DNA of 58,513 nt from Candidatus Uhrbacteria bacterium (GCA_003518105.1 DOZH01000006.1:1-58513); one strand, 5' to 3'; shown: positions 47,589 through 58,400, counted from the stretch's first letter. Numbers and translations: made by a program. The notes: generated by a model from the letters alone, not told the origin.

Positions 47589-48638
47589 TTAAGCTGCTTT
47601 ATTATTAGCAACTTTATCGTGCTTTGTTTGAGCCAGGGCGCTGATCTGCTGACGTAAGGTTTTGTGGCGGGCGGCGAAAGTCTCTGAGTCGAGCAGAGCT
47701 GAGGCGTCGTCATATTGCTTAGCAGCAAACCCTAGAACTTCGGTGACGTGTGGGAGGTCGGCTGCAGATATCTGACCGTCGACCAGTCGTTTGGCAATTA
47801 GTTCCGCTTTGGCGAGTGAGGCCTGTTGCATTTTATTACCCTGTTCGGTGAGTGCCGCGCGCGTGCCTTGGTGTGAAGTACTGGCAAACGAAGTTTTGGC
47901 ACCATATTCATGCACACCAGTCCATCCTTCGCTATGCAGCCAAGGCAGTAAGTCAGTGTCGTCTTGAAAACCAAGTTGCTTGATCTCGTGAAAACTAAAT
48001 ATGCCTCGACCTAAGACTTTAGCCGTTTGCGGGAAAGCACTTTTAATAGCTGACATGGCTGTAAGTAATGATTGTCCGGTATCAGTTAGGTCATCCACGA
48101 CTAAAACTTTTTCTCGATCAAAAATATCATGCCCTAAACGTTGGTTAAGTATCTCAAGCGACTCAGTTTGTTCACTGATAGTCGCCTGCCATTCGCTTGG
48201 CAAATCGTCAACATCGAGTAAACCAGCGCCCTCGGCAGCCGTTTTTACTTTAGTTTCCAGCTGACGAAGTTTAGCTGGTTCGCGGTTCATCATGACGCTA
48301 GTCGAAGGGACAGCAAAACCCCCTCGTGCACTACTCTGTTCGTCTGCCCCACGCCCGATATTCAGATAACGAATTATTGGTAGTGGTTGATTGGGTACCT
48401 GCCGTTGCCACAAATCACGAAAGAGCCAGGACAATGGTCGTGCGCTTTTATCCAGGAAGATAATTACTCCAATATTTTGGTCGACAACCTGATTAATGAG
48501 TTGTTCTACCCGCCCACGAACCAATTCCTGAGCTTCTGGCGACCAGTCTAGCTCCTGAACTTCAACTTTATTTTTAGCTATTTCTGGCGAATGCGGAGGT
48601 TGAGGAGCGCGTTCATTCATATGATAGAATTTTAACAC
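47589..48638 (-). CDS. phosphoribosyltransferase-like protein
   Basis: VLVVDDLTDTGQSL PRPP-binding motif; IIFLDKSARP. Confidence 0.7.
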   Translation of the reverse strand: MLKFYHMNERAPQPPHSPEIAKNKVEVQELDWSPEAQELVRGRVEQLINQVVDQNIGVIIFLDKSARPLSWLFRDLWQRQVPNQPLPIIRYLNIGRGADEQSSARGGFAVPSTSVMMNREPAKLRQLETKVKTAAEGAGLLDVDDLPSEWQATISEQTESLEILNQRLGHDIFDREKVLVVDDLTDTGQSLLTAMSAIKSAFPQTAKVLGRGIFSFHEIKQLGFQDDTDLLPWLHSEGWTGVHEYGAKTSFASTSHQGTRAALTEQGNKMQQASLAKAELIAKRLVDGQISAADLPHVTEVLGFAAKQYDDASALLDSETFAARHKTLRQQISALAQTKHDKVANNKAA

Positions 48639-48693
48639 TTTATCAAAAATCCGTCCCGAATAAATCGGAACGGATTTTTTTGAGCATTATCGA

Positions 48694-50781
48694 CTAGCGA
48701 GCCGAGCGCTTTTTGATGATTTCTTCCGCGATGTTGCGTGGGACTTCCTGGTACTCGTGGAATTCCATGGAGTAGCTAGCGCGACCCTGGGTCATGCTAC
48801 GGAGGGAAGTTGAGTAGCCGAACATTTCAGCGAGAGGCACGAGAGCTTTAACGAACTTGATGTTGCCGCGGTCGCCCATCTCCTGGATTTGACCACGCTT
48901 GGCGTTCAAGTCGCCGACGACGGTACCCATGAAGTCTTCCGGGGTGACAGCTTCGACCTTCATGATAGGCTCGAGAATGACTGGCTTAGCTTTGCGGACA
49001 GCGTCCTGGAAAGCCATAGAACCAGCGATTTTAAAAGCTGATTCGTTACTGTCGACGTCGTGGTAGGAACCGTCAAAGACAGTGGCCTTGATGTTGATGA
49101 GCTGGTAACCAGCCAAGACACCGCGGTCCATAGCTTCCTTAGCACCCTTACCGATTGGCGCGATGTACTCCTTTGGCACCGAACCACCCTTGGTTTCGTC
49201 CGCAAAGACGAAGTTCTCGCCTTCTGGGTCCACAAATGGTTCAACACGGAGACAGGCGTGACCGTACTGACCGCGACCACCGGACTGTTTGACGTACTTA
49301 CCTTCACCTTCGGCGCTGTCGCGAATGGTTTCGCGGTAGCTGACCTGGGGGTTACCAACGTTGACTTCTACGCCGTATTCACGCTTCATGCGGTCCACCA
49401 TGATTTCCAAGTGGAGCTCACCCATACCAGCAATGATGGTCTGGTTGGTGTCTGTGTCCGTGTGGACGTGGAAGGTTGGATCTTCTTCAGAAAGCTTGCT
49501 GAGCGCCATGCCCATCTTTTCCTGGTCGCCCTTGGTCTTTGGTTCCAAGGCCTGGGAAATAACTGGCTTGGCGAAGTTGATGCTTTCCAGAACTACTGGG
49601 TGATCTGGGTCACAGAGAGTGTGGCCGGTGGCGGTGGCGCGCAAGCCGACGGCAGCGGCGATTTCACCAGCAAAGACTTCCTCTACGTCCTCGCGGCTGT
49701 TGGCGTGCAAACGGACAATGCGGGAAACGCGTTCCTTTTCACCGTTGGCGGTGTTGAGAACGTAGCTACCAGCCTTGACGGAACCAGAGTAAACGCGGAA
49801 GAAACAGAGCTTGCCGACGAATGGATCTGCCGCAATTTTGAAAGCGAGAGCGGCGAAAGGAGCGTCGTCCTTAGGCAAACATGGGATTTTGACGTCAGTG
49901 TCATCTGGATCGAAACCGGTGATTGGTGGAACATCAAGTGGGGATGGGAGGTAGTCGACAACAGCGTCGAGCATTTGCTGTACGCCCTTGTTCTTGAGGG
50001 ATGAGCCACAGAGAACTGGGAAGATTTTGAGAGCGACGACGCCCTTACGCAAAGCTGGTTTAAGTTCGGCGACTGGAATATCTTCACCACCCAAGTAACG
50101 TTCCATCAAGTTCTCGTCGTTCTCGACGATGGCTTCCACGAGCTTAGCACGGAATTCAACAGCCTTAGCGGTGTACTCTTCAGGGATTTCGATTTCGTCT
50201 ACCACCTTGCCCATGTCGTCGCGGTACATGTAGGCCTTGCGGGTCAAGAGATCGATGATACCCAAGAAGTCGCTTTCCACGCCGATTGGCAACTGGATTG
50301 GGTGAGCGTTCAAGGTCAAGCGCTTGTGAATGGAGTCCAAGTCCTTGTAGAAATCAGCACCGGTGCGGTCGAGTTTGTTGATGTAGCAAATGCGAGGCAC
50401 GCCGTACTTGTCGGCCTGGTGCCAGACAGTTTCCGACTGTGGCTCAACGCCAGCAACTCCGTCAAAAACGGTGACACCGCCGTCCAACACACGGAGAGAA
50501 CGTTCAACTTCTACGGTGAAGTCAACGTGGCCTGGGGTGTCGATGATGTTGATGCGGTGACCCTTCCAAAAACAGGTGGTGGCAGCGGCGGTGATAGTAA
50601 TACCGCGCTCTTGCTCCTGTTCCATCCAGTCCATGGTAGCCTCACCTTCGTGCACTTCACCAATCTTGTGCTTCTTGCCGGTGTAGTACAAAACGCGTTC
50701 GGTGGTGGTGGTCTTACCAGCGTCGATGTGAGCGATGATACCAATATTTCTGACATGGTCTAGAGGGTAATCACGATTCAT
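48694..50781 (-). CDS. fusA: elongation factor G
   Basis: [31 protein letters not shown]. Confidence 0.98.
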   Translation of the reverse strand: MNRDYPLDHVRNIGIIAHIDAGKTTTTERVLYYTGKKHKIGEVHEGEATMDWMEQEQERGITITAAATTCFWKGHRINIIDTPGHVDFTVEVERSLRVLDGGVTVFDGVAGVEPQSETVWHQADKYGVPRICYINKLDRTGADFYKDLDSIHKRLTLNAHPIQLPIGVESDFLGIIDLLTRKAYMYRDDMGKVVDEIEIPEEYTAKAVEFRAKLVEAIVENDENLMERYLGGEDIPVAELKPALRKGVVALKIFPVLCGSSLKNKGVQQMLDAVVDYLPSPLDVPPITGFDPDDTDVKIPCLPKDDAPFAALAFKIAADPFVGKLCFFRVYSGSVKAGSYVLNTANGEKERVSRIVRLHANSREDVEEVFAGEIAAAVGLRATATGHTLCDPDHPVVLESINFAKPVISQALEPKTKGDQEKMGMALSKLSEEDPTFHVHTDTDTNQTIIAGMGELHLEIMVDRMKREYGVEVNVGNPQVSYRETIRDSAEGEGKYVKQSGGRGQYGHACLRVEPFVDPEGENFVFADETKGGSVPKEYIAPIGKGAKEAMDRGVLAGYQLINIKATVFDGSYHDVDSNESAFKIAGSMAFQDAVRKAKPVILEPIMKVEAVTPEDFMGTVVGDLNAKRGQIQEMGDRGNIKFVKALVPLAEMFGYSTSLRSMTQGRASYSMEFHEYQEVPRNIAEEIIKKRSAR

Positions 50782-50872
50782 ATGAATTTAAAGAGAAATG
50801 AGGGAGAGAAAAGCTCTGTAAAACGAGAACGGAGAAAGCCCATCCGAGCTTTCTCCATTCGTCTTCCTAGAT

Positions 50873-51340
50873 CTAGCGGGCCAAGTGAGCGAAGGCTCGG
50901 TTCGCTTCAGCCATACGTTGTACGTCGTTGCGCTTGCGGACTGCTTCACCTTCACCCTTAGCAGCAGCCATGATTTCTTCAGCGAGCTTTTCAGCCATAC
51001 CGCGACCCTTCTTGCTGCGAGCAGCGAGGAGAACCCAGCGGAAGGCCAAAGCGTTGCGACGTTCGCCACGAACTGGCATAGGTACCTGGTAGTTCGCACC
51101 ACCAACGCGCTTGCTCTTCACCTCAACGCTTGGGGTGACGTTCTTCAAGGCGTTGTCGAAGACTTCCATCGCGTCGGCCTTAGTTTCCGCAGCGATGATG
51201 TCAAAACAATCGTAGACAATGCGTTCTGCGGTGGTCTTCTTGCCGTCCTTCATGACGTAGTTGACCAACTTGGTAACGACGATGCTGTTGAACTTGTGAT
51301 CTGGGATGATGATTCGTTTTGGTGCTTGCTTACCTCGCAT
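50873..51340 (-). CDS. rpsG: 30S ribosomal protein S7
   Basis: DGKKTTAE, RVGGANYQVP, MAEANRAFAH. Confidence 0.97.
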   Translation of the reverse strand: MRGKQAPKRIIIPDHKFNSIVVTKLVNYVMKDGKKTTAERIVYDCFDIIAAETKADAMEVFDNALKNVTPSVEVKSKRVGGANYQVPMPVRGERRNALAFRWVLLAARSKKGRGMAEKLAEEIMAAAKGEGEAVRKRNDVQRMAEANRAFAHLAR

Positions 51341-51409
51341 ATCAGTGTGGCTCACGATCTTCCCGGCGATGCGGTACTCGTAAGTATAAATTTATTTTAG
51401 AGTTGGAGC

Positions 51410-51838
51410 TTACTTCTTCTTTGCTTTTGGACGCTTGGCACCGTACATGGAACGGCTGCGGTTGCGACCTTCGACACCAGTGGCGTCGTAGCGACCACGA
51501 ACGATGTGGTAACGGACACCTGGCAAATCTTTGACGCGACCACCACGGATCATGACGATTGAGTGCTCCTGCAAGTTGTGGCCTTCACCTGGGATGTAGG
51601 CGGTAACTTCAGTGCCGTTGCTCAAACGTACGCGGGCGATTTTACGCAAAGCGGAGTTTGGTTTCTTTGGCGTCATGGTGGTCACTTTGACGCACACACC
51701 ACGCTTAAATGGGGCGCCCTTGGCCAAAACCGTACGGCTACGGTGCAATGAGTCGAGGGTGTACTGCAGGGCGGGTGACTTCGACTTTACTTTCGAGGTC
51801 TGTCGGCCCTTGCGGATAAGTTGATTGATGGTTGGCAT
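51410..51838 (-). CDS. rpsL: 30S ribosomal protein S12
   Basis: [30 protein letters not shown]. Confidence 0.98.
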   Translation of the reverse strand: MPTINQLIRKGRQTSKVKSKSPALQYTLDSLHRSRTVLAKGAPFKRGVCVKVTTMTPKKPNSALRKIARVRLSNGTEVTAYIPGEGHNLQEHSIVMIRGGRVKDLPGVRYHIVRGRYDATGVEGRNRSRSMYGAKRPKAKKK

Positions 51839-51935
51839 AAGTGGCGAAAGCCTATCATAAGGAGGAAAAGTGGTCAACCGAGCGCCAGGCTGAAAAGCGA
51901 CGACCACCCCCGAATGACTGGGAGTGGTCGAGAGG

Positions 51936-52160
51936 TCAGTCGCCGTAGGGGCTGGGCGGAGGGTGGATGCTGTAGCTGGTCGAGCCGGAACGAGACCGGC
52001 AGAGTTCGTCATAACCACGCCGTAGACTCACAAGCTCGGCGGTGAGGCGCTCGATGCTGGTGTTGGCCTCGGCCAGCTGTCTGTGGAGCTCGGCGTTCTC
52101 GGCTCCCAGATTGGCGATGCGTTCGGCGTCTGTCTGAGGGGGTGAGGTGGTCTTGGACAT
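51936..52160 (-). CDS. small coiled-coil hypothetical protein
   Basis: AGGAGG Shine-Dalgarno; heptad pattern [22 protein letters not shown]. Confidence 0.6.
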   Translation of the reverse strand: MSKTTSPPQTDAERIANLGAENAELHRQLAEANTSIERLTAELVSLRRGYDELCRSRSGSTSYSIHPPPSPYGD

Positions 52161-52213
52161 TGAGCCTCCTTGAAGGCGTTTGCCGACGACGGTCGGATCA
52201 AAGTGAGGTGAAA

Positions 52214-52432
52214 TTAGCTTAAAAATGCGTCGATGTCAACGCCAGCGTCTTTAATCAACTGTGACAATAACCCGACCCTGATTTCCTTGTGGAGTGGGAT
52301 GGTGAGCTTTTTGTGGGCAGGATTGGGGTGGACGAGTCTGACGTGGCTTCCCCGCTGACGAACGAGCCTGTACCCCAGTCGCTTAAAACGACGGACTACT
52401 TCACGACCGGAAAAACCGGCTAAAATGGTCAT
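52214..52432 (-). CDS. hicA: HicA-family toxin
   Basis: GYRLVRQRGSHVRL...TIPLH...LLSQLIKDAG. Confidence 0.9.
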   Translation of the reverse strand: MTILAGFSGREVVRRFKRLGYRLVRQRGSHVRLVHPNPAHKKLTIPLHKEIRVGLLSQLIKDAGVDIDAFLS

Positions 52433-52677
52433 ACTCGAACGGTGTGGAGGCTGACGTTTGGTACCCATTGACGACGAGCTTTTGGAGCGTCGGCCACGCA
52501 GAGCTCGATAGCCTCCTGAATGTTGGCCAGAGCCTGGTCGATGGTCTTACCCTGACTGTAGCAACCCTCAAAGGCCGGGCATGAAACCCAATAGCCACCA
52601 GCGGCTTCTTCCTGGACGATTACTGGATAGTCGGCTAATTGATGACGCACCAGTGGCGTTTTTTGCAAAGCCTTCAT
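52429..52677 (-). CDS. hicB: HicB-family antitoxin (short)
   Basis: GGYWVSCPAFEGCYSQGKTIDQALANIQEAI. Confidence 0.9.
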   Translation of the reverse strand: MKALQKTPLVRHQLADYPVIVQEEAAGGYWVSCPAFEGCYSQGKTIDQALANIQEAIELCVADAPKARRQWVPNVSLHTVRV

Positions 52678-52751
52678 ATATCTAAACTATAGCTTATCCG
52701 GTGGCTGTTTTCAACTGACTGTATATTTAATTATATGAAGCTAGTCTCAAT

Positions 52752-53279
52752 TTAGCGCGGAAGTAAATAGAATGCTGCCTCGTCCTTTATTTTAACTGAG
52801 GCGACAAGATGAGCGAAAACTGCATCATTATTGGAAGTGGGTTCTCCGTGTAGTGCTGTTCCGGTCTGTTTGTCGACACGGATGCTGGTGACTGGCGTGT
52901 TACTAGTGAAAAATACTTCAGTTGAGGCTACGCCAAACAATGAGTAGATTGTTCTGTCAGCCAACTTCTCGATTTGAACTGCTTTGGCTGGCTGAGCGTC
53001 GTCCCAAGCAGCATACATGCCCGAACCGTCTTTGAATTGATTAAAAGAAACGAGGTAACTATTCCCATTATATTCAAACTTCCACATATCATCGAGGCCG
53101 TTCACGCCGTCGTGTAAGGTGGCGGTGGCAGGAACGTCGAAAGAGATACCAGTTGCCGAATCGCTGTAAGTCACGTAGGCGGGGCTTGATGCTGGTGGCT
53201 GTAGGTTAGTCGGCAAACAGCCAGCGCCAGTTAGCGCTAAGCTTAAGACGGCGACAAAAAATAGATTACGGGTTCGCAT
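52752..53279 (-). CDS. putative lipoprotein
   Basis: LALTGAGC lipobox. Confidence 0.75.
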   Translation of the reverse strand: MRTRNLFFVAVLSLALTGAGCLPTNLQPPASSPAYVTYSDSATGISFDVPATATLHDGVNGLDDMWKFEYNGNSYLVSFNQFKDGSGMYAAWDDAQPAKAVQIEKLADRTIYSLFGVASTEVFFTSNTPVTSIRVDKQTGTALHGEPTSNNDAVFAHLVASVKIKDEAAFYLLPR

Positions 53280-53335
53280 ACAATAGATAAGTTATTACTG
53301 CTGACATCTTTAGTCTGACTTGATGATAAGGTCAA

Positions 53336-54010
53336 CTAAAACAACTGCACCAGCTGGGCCTCGCAGGAAGTGCCAATAAGGTTATTACAGAGGTTAAAGG
53401 CCGCGGAGGCGATAAAACCAAAAGGATTGAAGGTGGTCAAAAGCGAGAGGATGACGAGAACAAAGAGCAAACGTGGGCCAAATTCGGTGAAGAAGGCAGC
53501 GGCGCGATTGAGGCGGAAGTGGGAAAAAAAGGCTTCCAGGAGGCGGCTGCCGTCGAGGGGTGGGACCGGTATGAGGTTAAAAAGGGCGAGGGCGAGGTTG
53601 GTAAAGATGAGGAGGATGAGAAAGGCGGCCAGGAGGCTGGTGCCACTAACAAGCCCGGTCGTGATGAAAGCGCGCCAAGCTAGGCCAGATAATATAGTTA
53701 AGACTAGATTGCTAGCCGGGCCGGCGAGGGCGATGAGGACGGAGTCGCGAACGGGGTGTTTTAAGGCGTAAGGGCTGAACGGAACGGGTTTAGCCCAACC
53801 AAAGCCGAGGATGAGCAGCATGGCAAAGCCCCAGGGGTCGAGGTGTTTGAGTGGGTTTAGTGAGAGTCGGCCAGCTTCTTCCGCGGTGTTGTCGCCAAGT
53901 GACTTCCCCGCCAGAGCATGGCAGAACTCGTGAAAGGTTAAGGAGATGATGATAGCGAGGAGCCAGACTAGAGCGACAGCTGGAGCTGTTTGGAAGAGAG
54001 TAAACAACAT
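53336..54010 (-). CDS. site-2 protease (M50 family)
   Basis: HEFCH, AGPASN, NLIPVPPLDG. Confidence 0.93.
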   Translation of the reverse strand: MLFTLFQTAPAVALVWLLAIIISLTFHEFCHALAGKSLGDNTAEEAGRLSLNPLKHLDPWGFAMLLILGFGWAKPVPFSPYALKHPVRDSVLIALAGPASNLVLTILSGLAWRAFITTGLVSGTSLLAAFLILLIFTNLALALFNLIPVPPLDGSRLLEAFFSHFRLNRAAAFFTEFGPRLLFVLVILSLLTTFNPFGFIASAAFNLCNNLIGTSCEAQLVQLF

Positions 54011-54038
54011 AATTACTAGTTAACGAGATTAACCGAAG

Positions 54039-55337
54039 CTAGCCGCTCATGGAGACGTCGGCGCCAATGCTGACCAACTTACCAAAGAGATCTTCGTAGC
54101 CGCGTTCGAGGTTCTCGAAGCCAGTGAGGGTGGAGGTGCCTTCAGCGACGAGGGCGGCGATAACGCAGGCCAAACCAGCCCGGATGTCGAGTAATTCGAT
54201 GGTGGCAGCATGCAAGGGCGTTGGACCCTTGATGATGGCGGAGTGCTTATGATTGTGGTCTTTGAAGCGGCAGTCGACTTCACCTAAGCATTTGTCGAAC
54301 AGAGTGATGTCGGCGCCCATCTCCTTAAGGGTTTCGGTGTAGCCAAAACGTTCTTCGTAAACGGTTTCGTGGATAACAGAAGTGCCGTCAGCTTGCGTCA
54401 TGGCGACGAGGAATGGCTGCTGCCAGTCGGTCATGAAGCCGGGATGGGTATCAGTTTCAATTTGAATGCCCTGATACTTTGGGGCGCCGCGGAAAAGAAT
54501 TCCGTCTTCTTTTACTTCGTAGTCACCACCAATTAGACGGACGGCGTTCAAGAAGGTCACCATGTCACGATGTACGGCACCAACGCAGAAAATTTCGCCG
54601 CGAGTGGCAAGAGCTATACAGGCAAAGCTAGCTGCTTCCATGCGGTCGGCGACAACCGTGTGTTCACAGCCATGAAGTTTGGCAACACCGACGATTTCAA
54701 TGTGACGACCAGCGCCGAGCTCGATAATAGCGCCCATCTTTTGGAGCATCATGATGAGCTCGACGACTTCTGGTTCGATGGCGGCGTTTTTAATGACAGT
54801 GCGGCCTTTGGCTAAGACGCCAGCAAAGAGGGCTGTTTCCGTGGCGCCGACCGAGGGATACGGGAGGTCGAAGATACAACCTGTTAAGCCGTTAGGAGAT
54901 TTGGCGTGATAACCGTCCGCGTCGGCCATAATGGTGGCGCCCATTTTTTCTAACAAGTCGATGTGAAAATTTACTGGCCGTGGACCAATCTTGTCGCCTC
55001 CCAGGGATGGCACGAAGGCCTCGCCTGTGCGATGAAGTAAAGGCGCTAAGGCTAAAATAGCTAAACGATTCTTACGAGAAAGTGACATGGCGGAGGAGGA
55101 TGCGATAGTCGCAACTTGGAGCGTGAGTGAATGGTCGACGAGACTCGAGGCGGCACCGAGCGTGGTCACTAGTTCACGAGCGATCTCGGACTCTTTTTGC
55201 AATGGTATGTTGTGCAGAGTCACTTCCCCATCCGTCAACAAACAAGCGATAATCATTTTACTGGCGGCGTTTTTAGCACCACCAATTTTGACGCGACCGT
55301 TAAGTGGTTTGCCGCCGGTAATCAATAATTTTTGCAT
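54039..55337 (-). CDS. murA: UDP-N-acetylglucosamine 1-carboxyvinyltransferase
   Basis: GAKNA, PSVGATE, TDTHPGFMTDWQQ, DIRAG, ERGYE. Confidence 0.95.
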   Translation of the reverse strand: MQKLLITGGKPLNGRVKIGGAKNAASKMIIACLLTDGEVTLHNIPLQKESEIARELVTTLGAASSLVDHSLTLQVATIASSSAMSLSRKNRLAILALAPLLHRTGEAFVPSLGGDKIGPRPVNFHIDLLEKMGATIMADADGYHAKSPNGLTGCIFDLPYPSVGATETALFAGVLAKGRTVIKNAAIEPEVVELIMMLQKMGAIIELGAGRHIEIVGVAKLHGCEHTVVADRMEAASFACIALATRGEIFCVGAVHRDMVTFLNAVRLIGGDYEVKEDGILFRGAPKYQGIQIETDTHPGFMTDWQQPFLVAMTQADGTSVIHETVYEERFGYTETLKEMGADITLFDKCLGEVDCRFKDHNHKHSAIIKGPTPLHAATIELLDIRAGLACVIAALVAEGTSTLTGFENLERGYEDLFGKLVSIGADVSMSG

Positions 55338-55460
55338 ACGGAACTAACAGAAATAACAAAATCAAGTCTGGTGAGAGTATAACTGAGCCTCGACCGTAAC
55401 GCTAGGGACTTCCCTCTTGACGAGGTGAATACAAAAAATATCAATGAGGATAACCTTGAA

Positions 55461-56462
55461 TTAATGAGAACCGTAGAAACCGCGCTCGTTGGCCGGTAAT
55501 TCGTCAGCAATGTCCTGCATGATGCCGTGAATATTGTAGGCTTCTTCACCGATGGTTACGGCTGGTAAGACGCGTACTCGACGGTCGCTAATAGCCACTG
55601 GTAAGATTTTGATGTCCTTGCCGGTTAAACGCTGGTATTCACGGGCGACTAATTCTATACCACCGTAGGCTTGGCGGAGTTGATGAGGACCGCCTTCCGC
55701 CTCCCCTTCGTAGAGCCATAGGCCTTCGGGCATGATGGCGACTTTGTCACCGCGGGCTAACAAGGCTGCAGTTTCTTTGGCGAATTTTAAGACGTCGGAA
55801 GCACTGGATTTACGTTCGGCGACACTTTTATAATATGGACGTTCGTGAATTGGGACGCGCTTGAGCAAGGCGTCGACCTCCCCCTCATGACCTGGGCCAC
55901 GCAGATTACCGAGGCTGGCTTTAACCTCATACATGCCAATGGCTTTATGGAACCAACTGGAGAGTGCCGTTTTGAAATGAATGTCCGCGGTGGCAATGCG
56001 TAACGGGCTGCGAGCGATGTCGGCGATAACAAAGGGGTCGTTAGGACGCGAGTGATTAGCGACTAAAATGTAGGGCTCGTCCTTAGGCACATTCTCACGA
56101 CCATCAGTCTTACGACCACCGAATTTTTCTGAGAAATAGCCAACGGTGCGCAACAAAGCCGAAGCGGCCGTAGCCATGACACCTGGTTTTTTAAGATTGT
56201 CGGGAATGTTTTTAGCAATGTAGTCGACCACTGAGACCATGGCACGGGCCTTGGGTGGTTCGGGGATGGCCTTAAGTTGGTCGAGCTTGCCCCTGCCCTG
56301 TTCCCTATCTTCCTTTTCCTGTTCTCGCAACGCTTCGCCCTCGGCAGCGAGTTGTTCGGGGGATTTAGGTGATTCGCGGTGTGGTGCTCTCTCTAGAAGC
56401 TCGTTCGATGTTTCTGAGGGTGATTCTTGATTGTGGATTGCTCCGTTGTCATGCTTACTCAT
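55461..56462 (-). CDS. lysophospholipid acyltransferase-family protein
   Basis: VANHSRPND (HxxxxD) and IMPEG motifs; start placed at MSKHD. Confidence 0.75.
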   Translation of the reverse strand: MSKHDNGAIHNQESPSETSNELLERAPHRESPKSPEQLAAEGEALREQEKEDREQGRGKLDQLKAIPEPPKARAMVSVVDYIAKNIPDNLKKPGVMATAASALLRTVGYFSEKFGGRKTDGRENVPKDEPYILVANHSRPNDPFVIADIARSPLRIATADIHFKTALSSWFHKAIGMYEVKASLGNLRGPGHEGEVDALLKRVPIHERPYYKSVAERKSSASDVLKFAKETAALLARGDKVAIMPEGLWLYEGEAEGGPHQLRQAYGGIELVAREYQRLTGKDIKILPVAISDRRVRVLPAVTIGEEAYNIHGIMQDIADELPANERGFYGSH

Positions 56463-56570
56463 ATATAAATGAATTATAACACAATCCCGATCTCGCTGAG
56501 ACCGGGATTGCAAACAAACAGCTCCCGGAGGTGACACCTCCCGGAGCTGAATTGCCAATGTGAATAAGTT

Positions 56571-57035
56571 TTACGCGCCGAAGTGGTAGCGGTCCGTGAG
56601 TTTGCCGTAGGTGAAGACCTCAGCGGTTGAGAAGAAGCGGTTGATTTCGATGCCGGCGTTCTCGAGGGTGTCGGAAGCGTGGACGATGTTGCCGGCCATG
56701 CTCATGGAGAAGTCAGCGCGGATGGTGCCAGCGTCGGCCATAAGAGGATTGGTGGCGCCAACTACTTTACGCACTTCGTCGACAGCGCCCAAGCCTTCCA
56801 AGACCATGGCGACGACTGGAGTTTCGCGCATGAATGCGACGAGGCCTGGGAAAAATGGCTTTTCCTTGTGGTGGCCGTAGTGCTCGGTCAAAACTTCCTC
56901 GGTCAAGTGGGACAACTTCATACCGACGATCTTGAGGCCCTTGCGTTCAAAGCGGGTGACGACGTCGCCGACCAATTCGCGCTGGAGTGCATCGGGTTTA
57001 ATGAGGACGAGGGTTCGTTCGATAGCTGCTCCCAT
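56571..57035 (-). CDS. ndk: nucleoside diphosphate kinase
   Basis: LIKPDA, GTIRADF, NIVHASD. Confidence 0.96.
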   Translation of the reverse strand: MGAAIERTLVLIKPDALQRELVGDVVTRFERKGLKIVGMKLSHLTEEVLTEHYGHHKEKPFFPGLVAFMRETPVVAMVLEGLGAVDEVRKVVGATNPLMADAGTIRADFSMSMAGNIVHASDTLENAGIEINRFFSTAEVFTYGKLTDRYHFGA

Positions 57036-57093
57036 AAGAAAATATTAAGTAAATTTGTGCGAATTATAACTAGAATGTGAATAATCGTCAATG

Positions 57094-57336
57094 CTAAAGG
57101 CCACGATAGGTGCCCTCGTTGCGACCACGAACTTTGAGCAAAATTGGCCTGTGCTCATTATTAAAAGTGAAAATGACCCTAAAGTCACCAACTCTGACAC
57201 GAAATAAATTGGAGTTCGTAAGCCTTTTGATATTTAAACCGCGTAGCTCGCCAGCTGAAATAGCCTTCATTACTGCACGAAGCCGTTCGCGATCCACCCG
57301 ACTGGTTTTATTTAAGAGCTTCTCGATTTCGTCCAT
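57094..57336 (-). CDS. RelE/ParE-family toxin
   Basis: IKRLTNSNLFRVRVGDFRVIF. Confidence 0.85.
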   Translation of the reverse strand: MDEIEKLLNKTSRVDRERLRAVMKAISAGELRGLNIKRLTNSNLFRVRVGDFRVIFTFNNEHRPILLKVRGRNEGTYRGL

Positions 57337-57337
57337 A

Positions 57338-57589
57338 CTAGGCTAAGGTTTTGTCGAGTGCGGCAATAAAATCATCAATCGGCAGGCCCTGCCCGTGATT
57401 GTCTCGATTAGAGTCAAAGACAGTCACCCAATTCTCATCATCTTCATCGAGTTCAGCGATGTGAATTGGCGTTAGCAATAAAGAATCTCCCTGTGATTTA
57501 ACAATAAAACTATCAGTCTTCTGCTTTTTGCGCCAAGCAGCTGGGAGAGTAATTTGGCCTTTGGTTGATGTTTTGAGGATGGTAGTCAT
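57338..57589 (-). CDS. AbrB/MazE-type antitoxin
   Basis: STKGQITLPAAWRK. Confidence 0.85.
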   Translation of the reverse strand: MTTILKTSTKGQITLPAAWRKKQKTDSFIVKSQGDSLLLTPIHIAELDEDDENWVTVFDSNRDNHGQGLPIDDFIAALDKTLA

Positions 57590-57701
57590 AAAGTAGGATT
57601 AGCTTACTTCCCTACTTTACCACTTTCCGCCTATTAAATCAAAAGTAATAGGGCCGACGCAGGTTAGTGCGGCGGCCCTCGAGGAGATTGCTGGCGGCGG
57701 C

Positions 57702-58400
57702 TTACCTGGTGCCCAACCAGATGTCGGCGTAGCCTTGGTATGGGGCTGGCAAACGCGAGCGCTGGTAGCGGACGCCGGCTGGTCCCTGCAGCTTGGCGAG
57801 GAGATCAAACATACGGCACCAGTCAGGCGACGAGACCACGAGGCTGAGCGGCCAGGGCGTAGTGAAGGCGCCCTTCTCGTCTAGGCAAAAGTGCCAGACA
57901 GAGGGCCAGAAAACCATGGCCAGCTCTCGGTTGACGCTCTGGTATTGGTCGAGCTTGGGGCTGACGTTACGCAACAACCTGAGAGCACGATTGAAGCAGT
58001 CCGCGGTTTGTTGCCAGTCGCCGGCCAGGAGATAATGGCGGGCGACGACCGCTTCACGCCTGGCTTGGGTGAGCTCATAGCGGCCAGGCCAAGGGAACAG
58101 GTGCGCCTGCTGGAAAAGCAACTTGATGGTCTGGCCCGTCCAGCAATCAATCTTCATGTACTCCACGCTCGGCGTGATTGGCTCCAGCAACGCCTGCTCG
58201 TCGAGCCAGGTCAACCGTCTGTCGACCAAGCCCACGAGGAAGTCCCCGGCGGCGTCGACTCGCCTGGTAGGAAACCAGTTGCGGTGACGGATGATGCGCT
58301 CGGCCAGTGCTTCGTCCAGCGGCTGGAAGAAGGCCCAGCGAGCCCAGATGGTGGTGAAAATGGCGAGGAGGATGAGTGAGGTGTAAAAGGCGATGGTCAT
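57702..58400 (-). CDS. hypothetical membrane-anchored protein
   Basis: AAGGAG Shine-Dalgarno; N-terminal transmembrane segment; strong GC third-position bias. Confidence 0.7.
   Translation of the reverse strand: MTIAFYTSLILLAIFTTIWARWAFFQPLDEALAERIIRHRNWFPTRRVDAAGDFLVGLVDRRLTWLDEQALLEPITPSVEYMKIDCWTGQTIKLLFQQAHLFPWPGRYELTQARREAVVARHYLLAGDWQQTADCFNRALRLLRNVSPKLDQYQSVNRELAMVFWPSVWHFCLDEKGAFTTPWPLSLVVSSPDWCRMFDLLAKLQGPAGVRYQRSRLPAPYQGYADIWLGTR

Noticed and set aside
37494-50763. Long plus-strand ORFs opposite ribosomal, tuf and fusA genes
   Set aside because: They are antisense shadows caused by biased codon usage in highly expressed genes.
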